This document shows positions 10,459 through 22,800 of a DNA stretch of 64,000 bases, piece by piece; within the stretch, counting starts at the first letter, position 1; every line of letters begins with the position of its first letter. This DNA comes from Epiperipatus broadwayi. Its lineage: Eukaryota > Animalia > Onychophora. Where the stretch lies: assembly GCA_028023455.1 (NCBI GenBank), contig JAQFVV010000003.1, positions 25,110,001 to 25,174,000 on the forward strand, written 5' to 3'. Below the pieces are notes generated by a model. The model was not told the origin of the DNA. It made no database searches and saw only the letters and a list, made by a program, of their open reading frames with translations. Position numbers and translations under genes: made by a program.

Positions 10459-13400
10459 GTGAGTTAGTTTCTGCAAGGAAGAGAATGTTGGGAGAATTGG
10501 GTTCAAACCAGTGTTTGAGAGTAAGGAGCCTATGGATTGAATTTAGGCCCTGAATGTTTAAACCAACAACAGAGATAGGCTCTCCACTCACTTTATCAGG
10601 ATTTATTCCACTTTGTCCATCTTCAGCTTATTCAAATATTCCACTGCCTTGATGTCTGCTGGAGGAGCCGCCATCCTCATTAATAAATGTGCCCCCCACC
10701 ACCACCACCACCACCTTTTCCATTCTCCATCTTGACACTCATTCTATTATCTTAGAGATGCAATTTGGGCACTTCAGATGTTTTATGATTTACTATATCT
10801 ACCCTCCGGAGAATGACACCCTCATTAAATCTATTATTCACCAAATCAACTACAACACAGCTGCCACCTCCCTTCCTATTCTTCCTCTGGGTGACTTCAA
10901 CATGAACTACCAGTCCTTTACAAACAAATTTATCTAAATCTTTTCTCCAGGGGCTTAATGTGTGGCTGTGGCTTTTTCCCAGACCATGCCTACTCTTTCT
11001 ACACCGGTAAGCATCAGACCCTTATTGATTTAACATTCTACTCACCTGATCTCCATTTCATGATTGAATCAGCCCAACTTCACACTACACCTTTTTCGGA
11101 TCACAAAGCATTACACCTTTCCCTTGTCATTGACTCTGGCCCTCCAGAAACTTTAGCCTCAGAAGAACAATATGATTCTTCAACAAACAAAACACACAAA
11201 TAGCATTGACTTCAGAAATTTATATATACCTTCATAAAATCAAGATCCTTCAAATGGTGCTCATCTCTGCATGGATGGCATTTGTGGAACTCCTGCAAGC
11301 TGCCATCCATAAATACACTGGAATTCCTGAGGGCTTCTCAAGTTACTGGCTGCAAGGGACAAATCTTTAAATGTTCAGGAGAGTGAGCCATTAGACGTTA
11401 GCTCCATCATCCAACTAAAACTTCAATACTGCATAAGCCCAAAGGGCCTTGGCCGAGTACATCTTGGCCAAACATACCTGGAGGTACATGGGAAATCAGC
11501 ATTGTTGGACCAGAAGTTATCACAGATGGGCTCTTGGTTCCCACAGAAAGCAAACCATCCCCTTGTCCATTACAGTCGGCAACAAATCCTATATAGGTCA
11601 GGAATTGCTCCTTCTTTTGAGAAACCATTACAAGCACACACTTCTCAAAGCTGACATCCCTCCTTTCACTATGCCATCAACCTTGGATGTCTACTCTGGC
11701 CCTGGCATCACCCAGACCATGCTACTTAACAAACTGAAAAGTTTCCCTGACCACATCCACCCTGGTCCTCAGTTACTTCTTCACCTAAGTCAGTTTATCA
11801 TCCCCATCTCAACATAATTAACAAGCAGCCTTGGATTACACTGAGGGTCTCTATCCTTTCCATAAGAAAGATTGGCCACCAACCGAGCTTAAGTCTTAGG
11901 CCCATTTCAATGACTCCCTTGCTCATAAAACTTACTGAGTCTACCATCAAAGTCACTAGAACAACTCCTCCCTGCCCTTTCAGCCTCACTGCTTGCTTAT
12001 AAGGGGCACTCCACAGTAGGGGGCTGCCAAACTTTGTAAGATAATCACCAAGCATGTTAAGCAGTCTTGAAGTGGCAGGCCGATCACTATCCAGCTGGAC
12101 ATCTGGGCAGCCTTTGACTGTCAGGGTCAACCAGCTCCTTGGCATCCTCAGGGACCTTAACATTCCAGAGGTCCTCATGTCCATCCTCCACAATCTCCTG
12201 TCCAACAGAGAAATCCTAGTTATCCTTGATGGAAAAGTTTGCCCCAGCTACACACCCAATGTATCCATTCCTCAGGGCTCTTCACTGAGCACATTGTTGT
12301 TCATTGCATTTCTGAATCCGCTCTTGCTCGAACTCAAACATGAACTCCCTGGAATCCTCATTCCTAGGCTGGGAAAAAGCATCAAATGCCTTGCTTATGT
12401 AGATGTTGTCTTCCTTCCCTTGGTCAATCTCATCCCCAAGCTTCAACAGATCCTCACCTGGTACACTGAAACATACAGGCTGGAATACAGCAGTGACAAA
12501 TCAGCAGCCTGGCAACTTTCATCCAGTAAACAAATCCCTTCCACCTTCAATGCCAAACCACACAATTTTTCCTCAGATTCCCCCTCATGTTGTCTAAGGA
12601 CATGATGGTTCAGGTCTAAGCAGCATTGTATCAAAGCATATCATCTACCCTCAGCACTATCACAAGCATCTACCTCTCCCTTTATGGGAAAGTCACCCTT
12701 GTCAATCTATTGTTTCCCAAGATAACATATGACCTCTCCATCATTCTACCTACACATTTCTTCATATCTAAAATCAATGTCCTTTGCACCCATTTTCTCT
12801 GGGGCAGAAAGGTGATGGCCATCAGCCTTTTGTTTTCTTAAAAACCTCAATGGGCTGGCCCTGTACTCCACTGACACTCTTCTGATCCAGAAAACTCACA
12901 ACATTATCCTCATGCTCATAAATCATTTTCCTGCCAATTTTATGTACATCATTATCACTCCCACTGACCCTCCCCCTGATGGCAGTCCCAGGTCATGGAC
13001 CTCACTCATTGCCAACATCCTACAAAAGGCTGGCTTTGCTATACCTTCCATCTCCATAGACTCCTCCCTTGTCTCCCTATATTCCTCAAACTTACCAATG
13101 CTCAATTAATCCAAAAATTTAAAAGATCATCCCTCGAGGCAAAATTCCTTGGTTTCTTCCTCAATATCAACCTTCACACTCTTCCCACTAATCAATTTTT
13201 GGTCAATTGTAGGGGTTTCACCAAAATCTCCTCCCTCTGCCCTCTCTGTAAAACTGACAATGAAACCCTCCAACACTTCCTACTTGAATGTCCCTTTTTG
13301 CTTGGAGTGAGACATGTCATCAACTCCTGCCTTTCCTTGCACAAAAATACCATCTTCAATCTCCGAAAATTCATCAAAAACAGGGGTCTTTGCAATTATC

Positions 13401-13802
13401 AGATTTTCAATTTTCCTCATCTATGCACTCTGGATGCTCCAATGTGCTATTATTTTTGACCAACAAATACACTCGGCAAACCAGAGATACCAAACTAGTC
13501 CCACCACCACTCCTGGGGAATCATCCAACTCCCAGCCACTCAGCCTCTGACACAGGACTCATCCATATGAATGCTTGTGGCTCGTGTGGTCACAATGTGT
13601 CTTGAACTTGCAACCAAAGGCTATTCTTGGCCTGGACTACTAACCATTTCCACATCCCTTTCTCTTTTTTATGTATCCTTCCCCTTTCACCATGTTGCTC
13701 CTAAATTTCATTTTACCATGTAATCACTTCTTTGTAAACTTTTTTTTCAACTGTATTTGTACGTTTTTTTTTTTTATGAATAAACTTTCATCACTGAGAA
13801 AA
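10459..13802 (+). mobile_element. L1-clade (Tx1-like) LINE, ORF2 only, pseudogenised, with 5' inversion
   Basis: APE motifs GGAAILI, IYPP, LGDFN, TLIDL and SDH. RT motifs RPIS..LIKLTE, IPQGSSLSTLLF..LNPL and LAYVD. L1-type LSLYGKVTLVN...FLWG and a CCHC finger CPLC..ETLQHFLLEC. AATAAA plus an A-tail at the 3' end. 15-bp TSD AAAGATTTT(A/T)TAGTG (10444-10458, 13803-13817). Many stops and frameshifts. Confidence 0.9.
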
Positions 13803-13849
13803 AAAGATTTTTTAGTGCTCCACACTAATCTGCCACACCTAAGACAGAA

Positions 13850-14800
13850 GTTAAAACAACTAGTGTGTTTTAATTTACAAAGGTAGCACAACCAATTCAT
13901 ACCTATGATCTGGATTTCAAATTCACCAAGTGAAATTTCTTTCATTACAATATTTATCCCAAAAGACTGTAAGATAACTATCCTGACTAAACATCAAATA
14001 TTAATCAGTAAAACAGTATGTAGCTATTTTTACAACAAAGTTGAAAAAATGTTCAAACTCTCATCACCTATTAACTAATAAATGTGTTGAGAAAATTTTT
14101 TTTTCATTGATGCTATATCAAATGACATTGAAGAGGGCTTCAATTTTGTACTATTTTTTATTTATTTTTTTAATTTTGTATTGCTTGAATAAGAATAGAA
14201 AATTATTTATTGAAAATAATGGCATGGAGTCCCCAAACTCAAATGGCTTGTTATTATTGAATTGTTGCAAAAAAATCACTATAAAAAACTTGGATGCAAT
14301 GATATTCAAAACAATGGTATCTTATAGATTATATTGGGGTTAATAATCTAATATAAAAAAAGTCAATATTACATGAGCTCTCCCTCTCATAGATGAAGAT
14401 ACTTTGCCAGATCATAAATTATTAGGTTCAATGGTTAAAATAATTTTTTAAAAAAAAAAAAACGTTTAAATTCCAAAACATACTGGCAAGAAATTTGATA
14501 TTCATTTTTAGAAACAATGTCACTTGTGTTAAATTCAGTACTTTTAAACACAATTGAAAATCTGGTTTTTAAGCTTCTGTGGTTCTAAAGTAAAAAAGCT
14601 TGTGTCATTGTAGATATATATGAATGAATCTACTGAGTTTTAAAAATCGCATAAAATGTTTAAAATATTTCTTTTCATGATATTTGATTCATTGGAGAAT
14701 TTTTGATACAGGTTGAACATAAATTATTTTGAAACAGGAAATTTTAAAAAATTTGAACAGATACTTAACTACAGTAATTATAATAATGAAAAAAAAAATA
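13850..14800 (+). mobile_element. Highly decayed hAT transposase relic
   Basis: Fragmentary frames resemble hAT motifs in the expected order: LSQKTVR (cf. LS..TV.RRI), DHKLL..VQWL (cf. LL.H.EVRWL) and ETGNFKKF. No TIRs found. Confidence 0.35.
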
Positions 14801-15353
14801 CTTATAAATTCCCATGAATAATGGTGGTAATTAATTTCACCAAAATGCATCATAAATCAAAAATTGCATATAAAAAATTATATAATATTTAATTCATTAT
14901 CATCAAATCAAAATGCCTATATCATAAATTTGCAATATCTTTTTTTTTTAAAAAAAAAATAAAAAAAATTTAAAATTGAGAATTTGTAATTTTTTCTCAA
15001 AAACATTTTAATAAAACTAAAAATAATTAAATTGTAGGTAAATACAATGTGTATGATTATTAAGAAACACAATACAATTGCCTTTTTTTTTTTTCAAACA
15101 ATAACTTTAAATATTTTACTAAGTGTAATAATCATATTGGTATGGATGACATTGTGATGATGATTTGTTCAAATGTGATTCATTGAAATTAGAATAAACT
15201 AAGTAAATAAGAAAAAATAATTTTAATTAACAAAATGTTCATTTATTTTTATTTTTTGTGCCATTTACTTACTATATATATATTAAATGTATTATTGAAT
15301 GCTTGTTTTGTTGTTATGAAACTGGATTTATATGTTGTCATCTATTGTTAGTG

Positions 15354-15396
15354 ATCATCATCATATTCAACCATTATTGATCCACTGCAGGATGAA
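15354..15396 (-). mobile_element. Short 3'-end fragment of an RTE LINE
   Basis: Shares CACTGCAGGATGAA with the 3' end of the RTE at 28722-28735 and is followed on the minus strand by an (ATG)n-like tail. Confidence 0.45.
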
Positions 15397-15671
15397 TGTA
15401 TATTTTTACATTAATTTTTAATGCTCTTTATTATATGGTGAGTTTTTTTTAATTATGTAATGATAAATCTTTTAATTTTTTTACCACAAATATCATATTT
15501 GTGACAATAAGATATGTTGCTCTGCAAATTTTTATTAAAAATAAAGTAAATCATATTTTAGCTAAAGGATCATATTTTCAATTTATTTTCAATATAATGT
15601 TACTATTAGTACATGACCTTTTATTTTTTTTTAAAAATATATATAATGAATATACAAACATCTTTATTATT

Positions 15672-15898
15672 TAAACCACTAAACATCACATGATCACCAT
15701 TTCTTATGCTTGCTCATAACTGTTATTAAAACAAGCAAAACTCTCCATATAGTAGTGCTATTTAGTGCAAGCCAGAGTAATCAATGGATGCCAGAAGGCT
15801 TGTGCATAGGGATTTTATGCACAAGCCTTCTTGCATCCATTGATTACTCTGGCTTGCACAGAGTAGCACTATTGTATGAGAGTTTTGCCTGTTTTAAT
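15672..15898. mobile_element. Family A locus A2: foldback remnant lacking the ribozyme
   Basis: Arms 15725-15808 and 15816-15898 are near-perfect inverted copies around a 7-nt loop. The sequence matches loci A1 and A3. Confidence 0.8.
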
Positions 15899-17342
15899 CT
15901 TTATTATTTATTTATTTGTTTATTTTGGGAGAATTGTTTTTCTTTATTGCAGAAAGTTGCTATCTTCCAATTTTACTTCACTATATGTATATTTACTTTT
16001 TTAAAAAAGATTATTACTTAAAGACATAATAATAACACTAATGACTGAATAAAAGTAAATGCAATTTATTAGTGAATATTATTTTTTTTAAAAATTAATA
16101 AAAAAAATGTATTCTTTGCTATACATGTTAACATAAAAAATGAGCAAATATTGGAAGTTCTATCATTCTTTTCTGTTCTCATTTGCTTTGAAAATAAACA
16201 TTTAGCTTGTAAATATAAAATTGTTAATTTTTTTGGTTTTATATGTCACAAGCAGTGAAAAATCTATATATATTATAAATATTTATATAGCACATAAAAA
16301 ACATTTTTGTGTATATTTTTTGTATTGCCATGATGGTTAAATTAATGGTAAGCAAAAAATAGAAGTTTTCAGATTCATTTTTTCTGAATAATGGTATTCT
16401 ATCTGTAATAATTTAAACATTTTTTAATATATACATTAAAAAATACAAACAAAATTTAAACAAAGACTTAAAAAATCTTGTAAAGTGGACCAAGTAGTGC
16501 AAAATAAACAATTTAACCAATTTTTAAAAATGACAAATTACACATATATATAAAAATGAAAAAAACATTCATTAAAAATATGTACTCAAAGTATTAAGAT
16601 ATAATGATCAAAATGTTAAGCTAAAACATGAATAAAATGATTACTAAAATTGCAGAAATAAAATATAAACTTATTAATATCTCAAAACAAAAAACAAAAC
16701 AGAATTTAAATTAATGATAAAAACTATTAATCCTCCCAAAATAAGTATTTGTAACACAATATAAAAATATATAACAGTTATTATCAACAATTACTTGTTA
16801 TTACAATGAAGTCTTAAATCATCATTTTTCAAGGAACTAAAAAATCCCTTAGGAAACAGATGAAAAAAAAAAAACATATAGAATCAGAAATCTATTAAAA
16901 ATTATAAAAAATAACAATACTAAGAAAAACTTAGATTTTATAATTCAAAATATTTCACATCTATTATTTGCAAGAAAAGTTTGTGCATAAATCTATATTA
17001 ATATTCATTATAGTGATTAGATATAAGTAGATTCCCCCCCCCCAAATAATCTTATTTTTATTCTATTTAAAATATTATTGTCACTTCCTCAACTTAATAT
17101 ATAGAATTTAGTATAATAATACAATCAGAAAAATTTTAAAGATAGTCAAAACATAACTTAAAAAAAAAAAAAATTGATTGTGAATGAGGTAAGTTTTGAG
17201 AGTAAATTTCAACTATTTTTTGATAATAAGACTTTTTTTTTTAGTGTTCATAAGTGAAATATTAGAGGAAAAAGAAATTTGAAAGGAATTTATTATTAAT
17301 AAAATCTTTAAAATGTTTTTGGAAAAATGTAAATTATTTTAC

Positions 17343-17691
17343 CATGATTCTCTGAAAATAAGACTAGATCCCCATCAAGCAGATAATCTGTGCATCTTAT
17401 TTGATTGGTCGGCATGTTTTCTTTCTTTACTGATGTAAAAACTATGAGCATGACATCAACTGAAATATGAGCATTTAATAGATATCTGATGCAGCTTTCC
17501 GAAGATGTATACCACAAAAAAATCCGATGAAATTTGGATTTTTTACAGTATTTTTTATCAAGCAGCTCATTTAATTTTTTTGTTTTTTGATCAATTTTGT
17601 AATTTTCATGAAGCGATAAAGACAGAAAATATGTACTGGCCTTCAAATAGACATTTATCAGAGTAAATGTAATTGTATTCACAAACAAGGC
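17343..17691 (-). CDS. Candidate coding exon, product unknown
   Basis: Longest non-TE ORF in the window (17308-17688). Bounded by TTGTAG|GCC and ATG|GTAAAA and retains CpGs. No protein family recognised; borderline against chance at this AT content. Confidence 0.35.
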
Positions 17692-18372
17692 CTACAATAG
17701 AGCCTAAACATAAAGCACAATATCAGATTCATAAGTATAAAATTTTAATTTTTTTAATATTTTCTTTTTTTTTTAATTTTTTGAAAAAATGATAATTTTT
17801 ATTAATTTTAGTTTGTAGTTGGTGTGTGTTGATATAAATTACATATTTATTTATGCTCATATATAAATCTACCATAATTTTCTAAAGTTTTAATCCACTT
17901 ATTTCATAAAAATAATGATTCTTAAAAAGTTTAATAATTTTTTATTATGTTTATATGATGTATTTGTGTTTACAAGAAATGCGTTACAAAACTAATAATC
18001 AAATGTATAGAAAGATTGCATATGCAGGCAAATAATCAAATTCTGATTCTTGTTTATGCCTTGATACTCATGCTTTGGAGTCATTCTGTTTTTGCTATAT
18101 GTTTTAAATAGCTAACAAATGGACTATATGCAAATAAATTATATCTATGTGATACAATAAATATAACAAGATAGCATCACTGGTGTGCATAAAGAATATA
18201 AACATCACTGATGTACACAAAAAAAATATAAAATGAAGAGATGAAACTCATTTTATCAGTGATACAGACAGTAGCCTACAATTTCTAGTTTTAGATAAAC
18301 AAGAAGCCAATTGCTATAATGACAAATGCTTATCTATCTCCTGAAAATGATTTGTTTTGTATTTTTTATTAG

Positions 18373-18489
18373 GATGAATCTTTTTCTTATAGATGCCTTT
18401 GACATTTGGTAACTTTTGGGGTACAAAATAAAAATGAAGAATTCATATGCGACTTATTTTGGAGATTCTGAAGCTATGGATTATCTCAG
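18373..18489 (+). other. Candidate exon (possible start MKNSYATYFGDSEAMDYL from ATG at 18434)
   Basis: Acceptor TTTTTTATTAG|G and strong donor CAG|GTAAGA. There is an in-frame stop upstream of the ATG, and no partner exon was identified. Confidence 0.3.
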
Positions 18490-18879
18490 GTAAGACATAT
18501 TATATATGGTTTGAAAGATAATTTTGTAAGGAATACAAAGAAATTATAACTGAAAATGTAATTTAGACTTAGTTCATGATGAATTAGAAATTATGAACAA
18601 ACATTAAAGTAATAATTTTTTCAGATGTTGAAATTTCTTTTTTTTCTTATTTTTTACATGGTTATCACTATTTGTTTTAAACTTATTGTTTTCTTTAGTT
18701 TTTCTAGTTTCTATTAATGTAATTTTTTTTGCTCTAACATAATTAAAACTGAAGTTATTGTGAAAATTGTGTCTCAGGTCAGTTTTGTAAAAAATTCAAT
18801 ATGGCCGTTTAGGCTCAAACAGTTAATTTTTGTTCCAAAAGATGGCTTAGGGCTTATTTTCAGATGTCTTATTTTTTCA

Positions 18880-18952
18880 CATACAAAAATATACATTTAT
18901 TCAAGTACAAAAATCTATATTTATTCAAATACAAAAATCTACATTTATTCAA
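18880..18952. repeat. 24-bp tandem minisatellite x3, with a dispersed fourth copy near 19366-19395
   Basis: The unit TTATTCAA(G/A)TACAAAAATCTA(C/T)AT is read directly from the sequence. Confidence 0.8.
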
Positions 18953-20789
18953 TATTAGTCATTTCAACAGCACATAAATAACTTTTACAATTGCCTAATA
19001 GTTAAGATTAAAATCTTAACACAGAACATTCTTGTTTGATACAACCTTGATACAGAACATTCTTGTTTAATACAAGAATATTAAAAGTTATTTACATTCT
19101 GTTAAATTAGTAATATTTAATTTAAAATAATATATGAAATATGGCTTGATTAATTTGTGAACTAAGGTTGTCATTAATAATAATTTTTAGCCTTTTCAAA
19201 TATCAATATTGATTTATTTCCAATACATATGATTGGAGATCAGATGAAAGAGGAATTTTTATATAAGACTGAATAAATGGGCATTGATAAATGAAAAGTA
19301 AAATTGTATTTGCAATTTTATTAAAATAATTAGTTATGAATCTGCCTATAAAATAATTCCGAGTAACATTTATTCAAGTACAAAAATCTACATCTATATA
19401 TATATCCATTACTTCATAATTCAGTACATCCATCATATGTTTCAATGAGCTGAACAATCTTAACTATGGATTTTATTTGGGGCAGAGCTTATATTATCAG
19501 CATCCTGAAAAATCATGCTAGGGCTTATTTTCTAGTTAGGTTTTAAAGTGTGAATCTATAAATCACTCACCTCAAATCCATTTCCCATTTTCAATATTCC
19601 CATCAGTTATTTCTAAAATTGTAAACTGTTTTAGGCATCATCATCTTTGTCGACATTTCAATCATTTTAATTATAGTCATTGTTATTTTTGTAATCAATA
19701 GTTTCAGAATTAAAATCATTCATTGATTTTTTACTTTTCTTTCAATTTTTTAATATAAAAAAAAGACATGATTGTAACAGATGCAACTTAACTGTTGAAA
19801 AATTTCAAATTTACACATTACACCTAGCTTTATCAGTTGCGATTGCTACAATATCTTTTGTATAATTTAATCCGAAAATATTGTCTTTCATTAACCAATT
19901 GAAAGATTGTATCTCATACAAATAGCATTAATGCTTACTAAGCTAAGCTTGTCAAAATTCAAATACCTATGATTTTTAATGCTTGTCTATTTATCAACTG
20001 TATATTCTTTTGTTTTTCAAATTCATCTTTTTAATTTTGTTGATATTCTTAGTTCTAATTTTGGGCACAGAAACTATAAATAACTGCATTCTTTGGCTCT
20101 ACTGATTAAAAAAAAACTGAATATTTGTAAAATTACTCTGTATGAATTCACTTTTACATATTTGTGAGATGATAAGTCTACCTTTTATTCTGTTTAGAGT
20201 ATTGGTCATTTTCATTAGATGATTAATTCATTGTGTGTACATGTTTTAAATAACTATTCTATTGTACATGAGTTTTTTGCATGATAATTGCTTGGAGCAG
20301 ATACTACACTTTACTATTTCAATTCTTTTTCTTTTTTAAATACAACTAATCACTATAGATCTGTTTGCTTGTAAAAGGGTTGAAGTGTGTTAATTATAAG
20401 ATGAATAATTGTGTAGAAAACATTGGATTAAATGAAAGGGTACTACTATCCCTGCTTTAAAAATATTTTTAGAGCTTAAAAAATGACAAAATTGATGTAT
20501 TGTTTTATATAAATTTGATGCATAAATTTAAAAAAATAATAATACAAAAGATTAAAAATTGTTTTAAAATTATAATTTTTCTCAAAATGATTTATCCACT
20601 TATAATTTTCCATTACTCAAATTTCTCTTTGTCTGAAATTCTTAATGGTGAATTCTTGAAAGGTGAGAAAAAGAATTCTTGAAAGTAATCTAAAGTCAGT
20701 ACAAACAGGACTTAATTTTTTTTTATTTAGATAATAATTAATTATTGCTGAAAATAAAGTATAACCTACAGGTTTGAATCCACCCTTGG

Positions 20790-21140
20790 ACTTTAACTTT
20801 TTACTGTAACTTGACAATATTACCTGCATTCTGCCCATCCCTATTCTATGTATTTAAATGGATACTGTCTTATACACGATGGATCAGAATGACTTAAGGT
20901 CAACATGAGCATAACAACAATATTGGCATCAGCATGGGATTTGGGCATTCTATCATCAGATTTTCAATGATATGGTTGGCTGAAGAATTGGAGGTTGGAA
21001 TAGATTGAAGCCTGTCCATTAAAGTATAGAGATTTGCTATCTTAATATAAACTGAGCACTGATTATATAAATGTGTGGGAGATGATAATCTGGACCAGCT
21101 GATGAGTGCTGGTTTAGCATGAAAACTAGTGATATAGCTT
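20790..21140 (+). mobile_element. Decayed Penelope-like element 3' end (GIY-YIG-like remnant plus pLTR with hammerhead)
   Basis: Broken frames ILPAFCPSLFYV...TRWI and TTILASAWDL/GHSI resemble the PLE GIY-YIG region (PC..CP..YIG..., ALAEHAW..GHSI). They are followed by CTGATGA-GTGCT-GGTTT-AGCAT-GAAA-ACTAGT. Confidence 0.5.
21095..21132 (+). ncRNA. Degenerate hammerhead ribozyme motif (third family)
   Basis: CTGATGA at 21099-21105, a 5-bp stem II GTGCT/AGCAT, and GAAA at 21121-21124 followed by A-CTAG-TG. The cleavage triplet and stem I have decayed. Confidence 0.5.
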
Positions 21141-21947
21141 TGGTATAATATCCCTTTTTTATCTTGTTTATTTTCAAAAGGAAAATTAAATTAGGTCGTG
21201 TGACATCTGATTTTATTTTTGTGTAATTTCAAAAGGAAAAGCTGCTATATATTCTCAGACACTTTGTTATGAATTTATTTGTGTGATTTATAAATGAATA
21301 TATCTGCTGCATGTTCAGCTAATATTCTAACAATCTCTAGTAATTAATGTTTTGTTTATCATGAATTATGTTTTCCTTTTCTACAAATGCTTTAAACATG
21401 AAGGCACATTTTTCAAATGGTTTAACCTTTGAACTAATAGAAATAGACAGGTAGGTTCAAAGGATTACATATTTTATGAATTAATAATTAATATATAGCT
21501 TGAAGCTAATAAAAAATAAGGTCTACCTTTTTTCTTTTATTGCTATATCTAGTTATAATGTAAATCTTTTAGTCTTTTAATTAATTATGTATAAAGTTAA
21601 TTAAATATTCTTTTTTTTTTTTAATACAAACCAAATAAGCTTTTCTTAATTTCTAATTTCTCTATTGTAGGTTTCTAATCTTAAACATAATACGTTATAA
21701 AATTAACAACAACAAAAAAAAAGGTGGTGTTAATTATTGTGTATAATTAAACATAGGTAGAACAAAAAAAAATAAAACACCTGTTATATCTTTATTATTG
21801 TGATAAAATCATTATTTGAAGTAAAAAAAAAATTATATAGGATGAATAGAAATCATGAATAATGAAGAAATCATTTTTAAAGGTCAATGTATAACCTCTC
21901 AACTCATTCATTGGTCAAGATAAACACGTAACATTTAAATCAATTTA

Positions 21948-22800
21948 CAGTGGAGGTCAAAAGTATGTAATGTTCCCTTCCTGTTCCTCAAACTAATATT
22001 TGACTATTGTCTGTACCAATTAACTATATATATAATCTAATAAGATAGCAGTGTGGTCTGATAACGCCAAAATATTGTCACATGTGGCTAAAGAAAATTG
22101 AACTATAATATGGTTGCCCAAAGTAAGACATTCCCATGATTATGTTTCAGAAGTTGAAGAATACAATTTGGTTAAGAAACTTATTTGAATGATGACTTTT
22201 TAGTGGTTGGGAAAAGTGCAAATATTGACCATAAAAATAAATTATGCCAATCTACTTAGACAGTATTTAAATGGTGGTGTATATGCAGGTAAAATGCTAT
22301 TAATCTGAAAATTTAAAGCCAAACAAAATTTCAAAAATTAGTTTTTACACATTTGCAAAGAAAGAAAAATACCATATATCTAAAAATTACTAAGCCTAAC
22401 AGAAGTGAGTTGATTTTTTTCTGTTTGGGCAAAATTTAGATTTACAATAAAAGGATAAATGATCTCTCAAAATCTGAAAAAATTACAAATGTGTAAAAGC
22501 CCTGGAACCAGCAACTTCAAATTACGAGTTTTAACTGCATAAAGAAAAGAAAAAATCTATAATGTGAAATACACAGTAATAGCTAAAGATTTGTTATAAA
22601 GCAAGTAATTAATTTGAACTCCTCTAAAATAGAGGCATATTGAATATTTTGTTTGGAATTATGTGAAACAAAAATTTGGAATATTTAAAAAAAGATTTAA
22701 GAAAAGATTGCAAAGAGACTAACACAAGACTTCAGGTTAATTAGAGATCTGAGTTTCAATGAGAGAACAAAAACTTTAACACAGAAAATTTTTTTTTTTA
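21948..22800 (+). mobile_element. Tc1/mariner relic
   Basis: TA|CAGTGGAGGTCAAAAGT is a Tc1-like left TIR. A downstream frame reads IEYFVWNYVKQK (cf. DLNP.E..W..+K). No right TIR found. Confidence 0.45.

Noticed and set aside
11798-12205. Antisense ORFs over the LINE (also 11407-11637, 12923-13105 and 13192-13395)
   Set aside because: They are shadows of the more GC-rich RT coding strand.
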